A stretch of 63,199 nucleotides of DNA, filler included, from Octopus bimaculoides (taxonomy: Eukaryota), in the NCBI RefSeq assembly GCF_001194135.2. It is 6 parts of 6 records of this genome, joined end to end, with 100 filler letters (N's around TTAATTAATTAA, not from the genome) between each part and the next. Parts side by side here need not be neighbours in the genome. Positions count along the whole stretch, not along the records: positions 32,138 to 60,991 come from NC_068986.1; 5 more parts are not named here. One strand, given 5' to 3'. The notes beneath the pieces were generated by a model. The model worked only from the letters and a program-made list of their open reading frames with translations. It did not search any database and was not told the origin of the DNA. The position numbers and the translations under genes are program-made. Position 1 is the first letter of the stretch; each line of letters begins with the position of its first letter. Positions 37,056-48,815 of this stretch are shown here, piece after piece.

Positions 37056-40000
37056 CATTGTATATATATATATCATGGAAAGATAATTATTAGATGGGTC
37101 ATAAGCCAATAAAGAATCCACTGAAGTTGATATATGCTGAGAGTGAAGAACTGAAAATATTACAAGTATGTCTAGGCTGATTCAATGAAATGAAGTAATG
37201 ATTGAGGGCTGATATGTACAGAAGATGATGAAATATATGAACTAACCTAGAATGTGGTGGCTGTATGACCCAATTTCGATTTCCACATAAAAATACCTGA
37301 AATTATTAAAGCTCTTGGGAGAGGCAGAAATGTCACAACCTCTTCCCCTTCGCTTGGATATTGCAAGACAAGCTTTTAGTCTTCTTTGAAATAATTTCAG
37401 TTATAACTACCTAAGGCTCAGAAATTTATGAATATCAACCGACTGTTATTTTACTTCAAAAACACATCATACCTATGGAAAGAACAAAAAAACTAAGACA
37501 GAACGAAGAAAGGCGGGGACAGAGAGGGAGAGAGACAGACAGACAGAGAGAAAAACAGAGAAAACGAAGAAGAGAAGAAAGAAGCGTGAGAGGGTGAAAA
37601 ATCTTGGTAAGAAACAGGACTTTAATTAAAAACCATGGGTGGACATAGCCATTACAACATAAGAAGCAATTAATTAATCATGTTTAGGTTTATAATTATT
37701 CTGTTAAAATGACATTGTGGAAATGCTATCTGAATCATCATGCATCAAAAAACGAAAGGCTTTTAAACTTCCAAGGTCGATTAAATGAAATACATAGCCT
37801 AGAGATTTATAGCGACATAAGTACAGTTTAGAGCCCCCATCCTCCGATTCATAACTTACTGAAAACTGCAGGTTTTAAAATGAAATTCTGCAGAGATATG
37901 TTTTCGAGGGGGTAGATTAAAACCGTATTGCTAAATCGGAGGAGTGGGGTATGGGCTTCCGACTTTGTTGTCATCAATTTCCGTAATCTTTTTTGTTTCA
38001 GCCATGAGATTGCAGATTCAATTTTTTTTTAAATTTTAGATTATGTAATCTTTTGGAAACGTATTTCTGTTAAATATCATTAAAAAAAATATACATTTTA
38101 AAGTTATGAGGAAATAGTCAGGAGGTGCGGAGGAGGGGAGAACGATCCAAAACTCCTTAAAAAAAACTATCAACACAATCGTAATATACACACTCGAAAA
38201 CAGATGTCTTCAACAGTTATATTTAAGAAAAATTGATTTTATACAGAAACTCGTGAAGAAACAAAACAGGAGGGTGGGGGCACGAAAGTGTAGTTATGCC
38301 AATGTATTACAAAGAGGTCTGTTTGAACTTAGAGGAAATAGATAAAATGAATTGGAGATATCTTTCACAGATTAAGCGACTCTGTTGCTACGGTAAAAAC
38401 CTTATACATATATATGTATACACACACACACACACACACACACCAAAGGGCAAATGTGATTAACACGCTCGGGCAGTATTTAGTGATGTCTCGTGTTCAA
38501 ATCCCATCCTCAGTTGGTTTTCTTTCTTTTTTTCTGCGGTCGGTAAAAATAAGATACCAGTCCATATAAACCGGTTATAGCACCCTTGCCTCAAAAACTG
38601 CACATTTCCGTGTTCCTAACAGTGGCAGAGGTTCTTCTAAAATCTTCCTCAATACCTTAGACGATACGAAAATACTCTAGGCACAATGCCAACCATTTTG
38701 AGGGGCGGGGATAAGTTGATTACAGCGACCCAAGTACTCAATTGGTACGAATTTTACCGATTCCAAAGGGATGGAAGACAAAATCGATATTGTGAGAGAG
38801 TATCAAGTAACAGGCTCAAACCGGAATATACAAATACACACACACACATATAATGTACATATATACACACAGACATGTATGTGTGTGTGTATACACACAC
38901 ACACACATCAGTAGTAGCCAATGAAACTTGCCTCAACAGAAACACCTTCGTTTAATATTCAAATCGCTGTAAATAACGAAACGGCACGGAAAAAAACTGA
39001 AAAGCATACGCCCTACTATAATATGGCCCAGGAAACTCAGAACAGATTGTCAAACTAAAGGGTTTGACCCGAGCAAACAAAAAAAATATATATATAAAAA
39101 TATTTTTAAAAAAAGCAACGAGAGGCTATGACAGTCACCATGCTTTTTAACGAGTCGTAAAGGATTTAAATAAACGACCGCAGAACGATAAGGAGCTAAG
39201 TCGACCTCGCGACGATTCGAACTCAGAACATAAAGCAGCGTAATTAAATACAACGAAGTATTATAACCGGTGCGCCGTCTATTCTGCTAGCCACCACTAC
39301 CACACCCTTAACGTCGACCTTTTTGATGTCCTATTTCTATTGGAAATCACTGCTTTTGTTTCAATTGATTTTCGAAACAAAGAATTTAGTAAAATAACTT
39401 TTATCAAACAGGCGCAAGGCGGCGAGTTGGTAGAATCGTTAGCAACGCCAATGCTTACCGGCATTTCGTTCTTCTTTACGTTCTGGGTTCCAATTCCACC
39501 GAGCTCGCCTCGTGTCTGGTGGTGGTGGTCGATCAAATAAGAACCAGTTGTGCACTGAGGCCCAGTGTAATCGATATACCCCTCCCCTAAAAATTGCTAG
39601 ACTTGTACCGCTTGGGAAATTAGAAATTTTGTATTGAAGGTTTTATTTTCGATTACTTTAAAAAAGAAGTTTGTATCGGAGAACCAAAGGTGGTCTCGAG
39701 CCGGTTGAGTATCAAGCCCAGGTCTTGACTGGCACTTTAATTTTACTGACCCTCCAGTAGGATAAAAGAGGAAGATCGAAAAAATAATAATAATAATAAT
39801 AGTTTTTTTTTTTGTTATATATAAACACTGACAGGATTCTTAGAATGAAACAAAAGTTAGAGATCGAAAAAAATCTTTACTGCTTCAGTGCTGCAGAAAA
39901 CCCACTTCATTGAACCAACGACAAAAATAATGATTCTCTGATAATTGGCACAATCTATAAAAGTGGATGGAGGGGAACAGAACAGAATTCACCACCATCA

Positions 40001-43000
40001 CATAAACATGACAGATCATTCTGGAAATATTGACACAAAATTATCGGAAAGAAAGACTAAACTGAAAGGTCAAAGCCTTGGATTCTATTATTACTAGTTA
40101 TAGAAATTTCGTTTTACACCAGAACTTTGGCAGAGACAGACAGACAGACAGACAGACAGAAGAAACGGTTAGGCACCGACCTAAATTCCTTACAACACTT
40201 TTTCATTATTTCAAAAGGTGTCGCGCTGGCGGAATCGTTAGCACGCCGGACAAAATGCTTATCGGCGTTTCGTCCGTCTTTACGTTCTGAGTTCCAATTC
40301 CGCCAAGGTCTATTTTGTCTTTCATCCTTTCGGGGTCGATAAATTAAGTACCAGTGAAACACTGAGGTCGATACAATCAACTGGCATCCGCCCCCAAAAT
40401 CGGTGCCCTTGTGACAAAATATGAAAACATTGTTGTCGGTATGACAAGGAAAGGACACACCAGACAATGTAATTTGAAAAGACGGAGTTGTCACATCCGG
40501 AACGTCTGATCATATCTGCTTGATCGGCGTTGACCTGGGGTTAAACAACATAATGTCTTATTACTTATTAATTTTTTTTCCAGACTCAAGCTTTAAACAA
40601 CGATTATATCAGCCAAAATTGTAGTTTAGCGCCGAAGCAATTAACGCGTTCCAGCTGTGACCATCCTGTCTTTTTCCAAGAACTTCGTAAACCAATGCCT
40701 TTCTGCATGTAAGACAACCAGGTCGGATTTGAAGATTTGGCTGCTATTTCTACCCGCTCAAGCGACTGCATAGGGGCGTTATAGCTGAGTATTGGCTGGT
40801 CATTATTCTTTTTACATTCTGAGTTCAAATTCCGACGAGGTCGACTTTACCTTTCATGTTTTCAGGGTCGATAAATTAAGTATCAGTTGAATAGTGGGGT
40901 CGATCTAATCGACTGGGCCCCTCCCCCAAAATTTCGGGCCTTGCGCATAGAGTAGAAAAGAATATTTTTTTTTACTAAGATGCACCAAGATTTTGTGTTT
41001 TAGAAAAAAAAAAAAAAAATGATGGCTGGATTGCCCCCGCCTTGAACTCCAAAGCTTATATTTTAAAGTCTGATACTTATTCTGCTGGTCTCTTTCGCTG
41101 AACTACTTAGGGGAACGTAAACAAACCAACAATGGCTATCAAACAGTGGTGGGAGACAACACAGGAACACATACATAATACACACACATATATATACGAC
41201 GGACTTCAGTTTCCATCTGAAAATCCACTCGCAAGGCTTGGGTTGGCGTGACCCAAAGACACTTGACCAATGTGCCGCGCAGAGGGACTGAACCTAAGAC
41301 CACATGATTAGGAAAGCCAGCGCCTTACCCACACAGCCACGCCTGCGCCTTAAGTTATTTTGATTATTATCGAACACAACAGATGACAATCATAATAATG
41401 TTTATTATAATCTAAAGGAGTTTAACCGCAGATCAATTTTCACCGAACAGACTCATGACCAAAAGAATTCCAGTCGTGACCACTGTAATTTTTCTTTTTT
41501 TTTTCTTTTCAAACATTGCAACTAAATATATCGAATGTGCTCTTCATTGGAGTGCAATTGGAGAGAAATCTGGCTGCCATTTCTAGCAAGGTCAACGACA
41601 ACAGAGACTCTCCTAGACTGGTTTACAATCTTAAAACCCAATATCAAAGGTTTCCTAACAGTGACTAAACATGTTTTTTTTTTGGGGGGGGGGTACTTTT
41701 GTAGAGCAAGGATCATCAACAATGTCCAATGTATCATTGAAGATCGTTGGATGCGATCAGAATGAGATTTGACTGCTATTTCTAGCAGTTCGCGCAACCG
41801 TGTGGTAGTGTCTTCCTCACTGGCTCGCATAGGAGTGAAAATATACACACACACAAACACAATTTTCCATTCATGTAACAAACTGGTTGCTGATATACGA
41901 GTAGTATAAGATGATGGCGGCGGTGGCGTATTAATTTCTGTTTTGACAGTAGCTGGAAGCGGGGAGAAGTAAGAGGACTGCAATGTACTACAACTAGCAG
42001 CAGCCGGTATAGACCAAGGCACGAAACCCAACCAACAGGTAGCAAGTGAAAACAGACAAAATACTACAAGTTTAAAGGGACAGAGAAAATAATTCTCCAG
42101 ACGCTTGAGGACCCCGAAACACCTAGCAAGGGATCTGCAAAAAAAAAACACAGGAAAAATGGAGATCATAAATACTATTTTGGTCGGGTCAGTGTCTAGC
42201 TACTCTGAATTTTGGCCCACGGGTGCACAGAATCTCCGAGGCAAGTTACGACTGGAGACAGACTAAAATATTAATCTCTAATACAGTATCGAATGTTTTC
42301 TTTCTTTCCAGTCAACATTAAATGGATACACACACACACACACATATATATATATAAGACCCGTGAAGCGGACGAGTTCTCCTGTTAGGGCCTCTAGTTA
42401 TCGTACTAATGTAAAGTTGTGTATTAAGATCCTCATTTGAACTAAAAGCTTTCCCAGATCTATACTGAGTCCACACACCCTCGATTATACAATGACAGTA
42501 TTTCTTTTTTTCTCTTAAACATCTGTATTGCCTCCAAGTTTTATTTATTTGCAATTACTAATATCGAATAAGGCTTTTCCGACACGCATCACCTTACAAT
42601 AAAAGACAGAGACAGGTGCTTAAACTATTGCCTTTTATATTTTAACATCTTCATAGTGGAACCTATTTAAAAAAATTAAGTGCCTCAAAATAGCTTAATC
42701 GAACTTAATATAAAAAAGTTGTTTTTTTTTCCCCCCTAGCGACGAGAACAATTCTGAAAGAAATATTTTTTTTTTCCACTTATACTATTATTACCGGATT
42801 AGTTTTTAGTGATTGACAAGATTTCTTAATGAAAGACTAAGGTGTGTCAGTAAATAAATATATAAATATATGTATAGGTTATACACACACAAATGAAATA
42901 TATTCGACATAAAGAGTAATTAACAAGTAAATCAGAGAGTGGGAAGTAAATGCTATCTCCCCTCTAACTTACTAGTAACCTATTCTACACACATACATAC

Positions 43001-43039
<39 letters not shown>

Positions 43040-43235
43040 CACCTACCTACCTAAGTGAAAGGAAGAAAAGGCTTGTTCTCTGACTCATCCAGACAACTAC
43101 TTCAAGATGGCCTCCACCGACCAACAACGAAAACGACAACCTATACACACACTTAGTTTACATACATTTTGATATATATACCCATACATCTAAATACAGT
43201 ACATTTGTGCTTACACACATACTGATGTGTGTCTG

Positions 43236-43297
<62 letters not shown>

Positions 43298-43487
43298 GGC
43301 AGACTGATGTGAATGATTATACGTATCGATGTGTACATATTAATGTGTATATATATCATGCGTATTGATGTGGTGCATATACACAACATATTGACGTGTA
43401 TGCATAAATACATATATATATACACACACATATACAAACACTGATTTGTGTGCATATAAACTTTGATATATGTGCATACATACAAAC

Positions 43488-43522
<35 letters not shown>

Positions 43523-43841
43523 AAGTGATATGTAAATATACACACGTAATAATATGAATATATGCATACACAATAATGTGGATATACACATAGTAAGGTA
43601 TGTACATACATACACATATGTATGTAAGTATTGTCAGATAAATATATACAGTAATGTAGCCGCATAAAATATATATATATTATTGAGTGAGAGAGCAGTG
43701 CATGCCATCAATGTATGTATGTACATCAACAGACAACTAGACATGCAATTATAAACCAGATAGCCTCTGCAAAATTCCAAGTTGAGGACCAAGGGAGAGC
43801 GACGAGGACAAAACATTAACAACAATAACAAAATTTCTTAC

Positions 43842-43925
43842 CCGCGTAAATCCAAACAGTTCCTTTTTCAATCGCTCTCGTTCTTCACTATCCTTCGAAT
43901 GGTTTTTCTTCAGAAATTTCAACAT
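43842..43925 (-). CDS. lgl: First coding exon of lethal(2) giant larvae (Lgl/LLGL); CDS part MLKFLKKNHSKDSEERERLKKELFGFTR
   Basis: ATG at 43925, 28 codons, phase-0 donor CGG|gtaag at 43841. The peptide resembles the N-termini of Drosophila Lgl (MLKFIRGKGQQPSADRHRLQKDLFAYRK) and human LLGL1 (MMKFRFRRQGADPQREKLKQELFAFNK), recalled from memory, and stops just before the conserved T-x-x-HGFP. Acceptor ccag| at 44001 suggests the exon starts at 44000. Exon 2 (HGFP) was not found in the window. Confidence 0.78.
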
Positions 43926-44316
43926 TGTGTGTGTGGTGTGACACCAGTGGCAGACGGCGACAAAAAAAGAAACTGTTTTGTTTGTGTTAAAGGTGCAGAC
44001 CTGGATATGTAGAGATATAAATTGGGTAAAATATTTTTTTTTTTAATAGATAGAGAGATAGATAGGTAGGTTGGTAGTTAGGTAATTGTGGTGGTGGTAG
44101 AAGTAGTAATAGTGATAAAGGTGGTAGCAATGACAGTATATAAAGTAAGAGGAGAGAAAGAAGAAAGGGGGAGGAGAAATATTATGAGGGAGTAAGTGAA
44201 TGAAAAGAATTGAAGGGGAAGAGTGGGAGATGGAAAATGAATGAACGGAAAGAGTGGGAGAGTAGTAGATAGAAATAGATGAGAGGCACAGAGAGAGTGA
44301 AAGTAAGTCAATAAAG

Positions 44317-44475
44317 GGGGTGAGCGATGAGAAAGGGTGAAAGAATGAATAAGAGGAGGTGAGCGATGAGAAAGGGTGAGAGAATGAATGAGAGGAGGTG
44401 AGCGATGAGAAAGGGTGAGAGAATGAATGAGAGGAGGTGAGCGATGAGAAAGGGTGAGAGAATGAATGAGATGGG
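44317..44475. repeat. 39-bp purine-rich minisatellite, about 4 units
   Basis: ggtgagcgatgagaaagggtgagagaatgaatgagagga repeated. Confidence 0.9.
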
Positions 44476-45230
44476 GGGTAAGAGAACTCTTTAGTAAAGT
44501 AAGGTAAGAAATGTAAATATGGCCACGGCTGTAATAGAAACTGTCGGCTACCGTTGAGGAAGCCGGGAAGTAATAAAGGCAGAGTAAATGAGAGAGATAT
44601 AAGTAGGAATTGGAGGACGGATGATAGAGAGTTAAAGAAATAGAGAAGGGAGATTAAGCAGGGAAAGATTAAAGAGGACTGTATGAGAGAAAAGAGAACA
44701 TGAAAACTACCCTAAGGCGGCCCAACTACATCTCTATATACTAATAATGATAGACAGGTTTTTTTGACAAAAGAAAATATAAGAGACTGTGAAATAATAA
44801 TTAATCATAGCTGTCTCTATGAAATATTCGGGCGATCTAGTGAACTTTGTACATGTGTATGTATGTATGTGTGTCCTCCAGAGGAAAGAGTTTAAAATAT
44901 TTGAATGTGCGTTATGTGTATATGGTTTCTTATTTCTTGAGGGGTTTTTATTTTTAACATTGGAAAGTCAAACATCTTACTCCATCGATATGATCAACCG
45001 TTTTAAAATAATAGAGCAGATGTATAAACACAGAAAGCAAAAATGTGAAAGATAGCTAGAGACAGAAAGAGATAAACATAATAATATTGAAAATTTTGGC
45101 AAATATATAGTAGAGACAGAAGAATGTAGTAATCTCTCGGTGTATATATCTAACATTCATCATTAAACGATGATTTCAAGACAACAAAAAAATTCCTAAA
45201 TCAAATCAAGTTTAATTAGTTGTAACTTAC

Positions 45231-45360
45231 GTGGTTGTAAGCTTAAATATATTCCTTAGAAAGAACAGGATGAAGTGCACAGCTAGATTCCAAATATGCG
45301 CCTAACACAACAACACAACAGCTTTACATACAACTTCTGAGTCGCGGGCTCTCTTTCTCT
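45231..45360 (-). other. Candidate non-coding 5' UTR exon of lgl
   Basis: Strong donor CAC|gtaagt at 45230 on the minus strand, 1.2 kb upstream of the acceptor at 44001. The 5' boundary is a guess (ends at a GA microsatellite). Confidence 0.35.
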
Positions 45361-45369
45361 TCTTACAGT

Positions 45370-45400
<31 letters not shown>

Positions 45401-47649
45401 TTATCTTTCTATCTACCTCACTATTTCTCTCTTACTATTTCTTCCTCTAGATCACTCTTCTCTTACTCTTTTTCTTTCTCTCTCTCTCTTTGTGCGCGCA
45501 AACTAGCTTTCACACTTCACATCATAAAATCGAATATAACATCAAGTTTATTTTGCTGAGAATTACAAAAAAATCGTTAGATAAGCTAAAGATATATTTC
45601 TTATACCGTTTGACGCTTATTTTTTTGTCAACTTGTCATCGAAATACAGAGGACTATATATTTCGCAGGCGTAGTATTAATGCGCTAAGCATTTAAAGCA
45701 ACGNNNNNNNNNNNNNNNNNNNNNNNNNNNNNNNNNNNNNNNNNNNNNNNNNNNNNNNNNNNNNNNNNNNNNNNNNNNNNNNNNNNNNNNNNNNNNNNNN
45801 NNNNNNNNNNNNNNNNNNNNNNNNNNNNNNNNNNNNNNNNNNNNNNNNNNNNNNNNNNNNNNNNNNNNNNNNNNNNNNNNNNNNNNNNNNNNNNNNNNNN
45901 NNNNNNNNNNNNNNNNNNNNNNNNNNNNNNNNNNNNNNNNNNNNNNNNNNNNNNNNNNNNNNNNNNNNNNNNNNNNNNNNNNNNNNNNNNNNNNNNNNNN
46001 NNNNNNNNNNNNNNNNNNNNNNNNNNNNNNNNNNNNNNNNNNNNNNNNNNNNNNNNNNNNNNNNNNNNNNNNNNNNNNNNNNNNNNNNNNNNNNNNNNNN
46101 NNNNNNNNNNNNNNNNNNNNNNNNNNNNNNNNNNNNNNNNNNNNNNNNNNNNNNNNNNNNNNNNNNNNNNNNNNNNNNNNNNNNNNNNNNNNNNNNNNNN
46201 NNNNNNNNNNNNNNNNNNNNNNNNNNNNNNNNNNNNNNNNNNNNNNNCGCACCGAATTTCAGACATTGTGTCGTAGTTAAAAACAATAATTTAGTTCGAT
46301 ATTAAGTCATTATCAATCACCTATCAAAATTTGATCGTCACTTGAAACAATACAAGAGATATTACTGTATGCGAAATATGACTTAATCGAGATCTTATAG
46401 AATAATAAAGACAACTGCCAAAGTGAAATAGTGTAGCATAAACAGCGTTTATTTCCTGTCTGCTACTAAAATATGTCAATCTAATTAAAGTAGCGCTGAT
46501 TAACAGAAGCAATTCACAGACCTCGGTATTTTAATAAAATTTTAATGCGTGTGCAATAAAATTCACATAGCTATTTAATAACACTACTCGTCGAGTAGTT
46601 TCCATAACTTTTTTTTTCCTGGTGAACTGTGTCCATGTAGTTTCGATCATAAGCAATTACAAATGTAGTTGAGAAAAGCATGAATGTCCTGTAATCTCAT
46701 TTTTACTTTTTTATTCTATTGTGTAGCCTTGTGCTCATAAATGGAATGCTGAGTAAAAAAATGTCGGCGTAATTTGATGACAGTCAAGTAAAATAAGTAC
46801 AAATTGTTATTCAGTATAGATATTTGATAAACCATATTCTGTAAGAAAGGTTGTTGGGGGTAATCAGTTGGAGATATTTATCGAAGGCTTGAGTCAGTAA
46901 CATCTCTGTGTGCCGGCAGCCAAAGCACAACTTTTACTGGCCCAATCTACCTAACTGCGAAAGTGACGTATGTTTCATCAGCTTGTATACTAAGTTCCAC
47001 GCCACCTCCCTTAGAGACGTCTGGCTTGCCTTGGATACACTGCATGGAAACGAAGCCTTTTAGTGTTGACTCTTACAACAGAAAATACTACGAGACACAG
47101 CCTGAGGGTGTGGGGGGAAGGACAGTCGTCAGAACGAAAAGGCTGAATCGATAAGATATTTTTGAGTATCAGGAGTCTAAATCCAGGTGTTCTGGTGTGT
47201 GTCTATATGCAGAATATATAGAAGCCCTGGCCCTAGAGAACAGATACCTGGCTATTCTAAGAAAATTACCTGCATTGAACAAGCGATCTGCTCAAATGGA
47301 AATTTATCTTCAGTTCGTTTAACACTGCAGAAACCATTGTTAAATGCAGACATAACAGAGTGTGTTTATATATTTATTCATTTATTCACTCTTTTTATTA
47401 CTTTCCTGTTTAATGGTGTCGATCACTGAAATGTAGCTACGCTGAGTACCGCCTCCTGACCGACTGCAGTATTCATTTCGATCTGGTACTTACTTTGACG
47501 ATACTATTTGTCGAATCGCTAGCTTAAGGAGGGATATAAAGAGACGCAATATAAACACACATACACACATATACACACACACGCGCACATAGACATACGT
47601 GCGCGCGTACACACACACATTAACAGGCACCTCCAGATGTGTGTGTGTG

Positions 47650-48215
47650 TAGGCGCAGGCGTGGCTGTGTGGTAAGACGTTTCCCAACCACACGGTTCCG
47701 GGTTCAGTCCCACTACGTGACACCTAGGGCATGTGTCGTCTACTACAGCCTCGGGCCGGTCAAAACTTTGTAAGTGGATTTAGTAGACAGAAACTGAAAG
47801 CAGCTCGTCGTAAATGTGTGTGTGTGTGTATTTGTGCCCCACCACCGCTTGACAACCGGTGTTAGTGTGTTTACGTCCAGTAACTTAGCGTTTCGGAAAA
47901 ATATAACGGTAGGATAAGTAACACACATACACACATATACACACACAGCTCGATTCATAGGACTAAAATTCTTCAAGACAGTGCCCCAGCATGGTCACAT
48001 CTAAATGAGTGAAACAGGGAAAAGATGAAAGAAAGGATACATACATAGTCGCAGGCATGGTTGTGTGGTAAGAAGGTTGCTTACCAACCACATGGTTCCA
48101 GGTTCAGTCCCGCTGCGTGGCACCTTGGGCAGATGTCTTCTAGTATAGCCTCGGGGCCGACCAAAATCTTGTGAGTGGATTTGGGAGACGGAAACTGAAA
48201 GAAGCCCGTCGTATC
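47650..48215 (+). mobile_element. Two adjacent SINE family A copies
   Basis: Heads at about 47652 and 48048, both ...gtgtggtaag...ggttcagtccc. Confidence 0.85.
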
Positions 48216-48783
48216 TATGTAAGCTTTTTGAAAACGGTCACAACAGAGGATAAATCATGGGGGAAAGAGTACCAGTTACGCACTGGGGTCGATGTAATCG
48301 ACTTAACCCCTTTGTCTTTTCTTGTTTGTCCCCTCTATGTTTAGCTCCTTGTGGGCAATAAAGAAATAAGAAACGTTAGCACGCCGGGCGAAATGCTTAG
48401 CGGTATTACGTCTGTCTTTACGTTCTGAGTTCAAATCCTGCTGAGGCCGACTTTGCCTTTCATCCTTTCGGGGTCGATAAATTAAGTACCAGTTGCGTAC
48501 TGTGGTTGAACTAATCGACTGGCCCTCTCCCGCCAAAATTTCGGGACTTGTGCCTAGAGTAGAAAAAGAATATGCCTTCTCTTAGCTCATATGTTTCGTA
48601 TACAGTGGTGCGATTTGTAAGGGAAAAGTATATTATCAATAAAAACGACCCCATTACATGTCTGGTACTTATTTTATCTATTCTGGATAGATATAAAAGA
48701 CGAAGTCGAACACAGTGGGATTTGAACTTTTGGCGCAGAAGACGAACCTAAGTAATTACTGGTACTTTGTTCAGCGCGCTTTG

Positions 48784-48815
<32 letters not shown>

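Noticed and set aside
37080-37140. Minus-strand frame QHISTSVDSLLAYDP resembling Lgl exon 2 (QHGFPHKPSALAYDP)
   Set aside because: It lacks the invariant HGFP and the downstream AIGT, has the wrong phase for the phase-0 exon 1 and has no donor; treated as coincidence.
41522-42169. 215-aa minus-strand ORF
   Set aside because: No recognisable domain; it contains two copies of a short interspersed motif (gatttggctgctatttctag, also at about 40735) and homopolymer runs.
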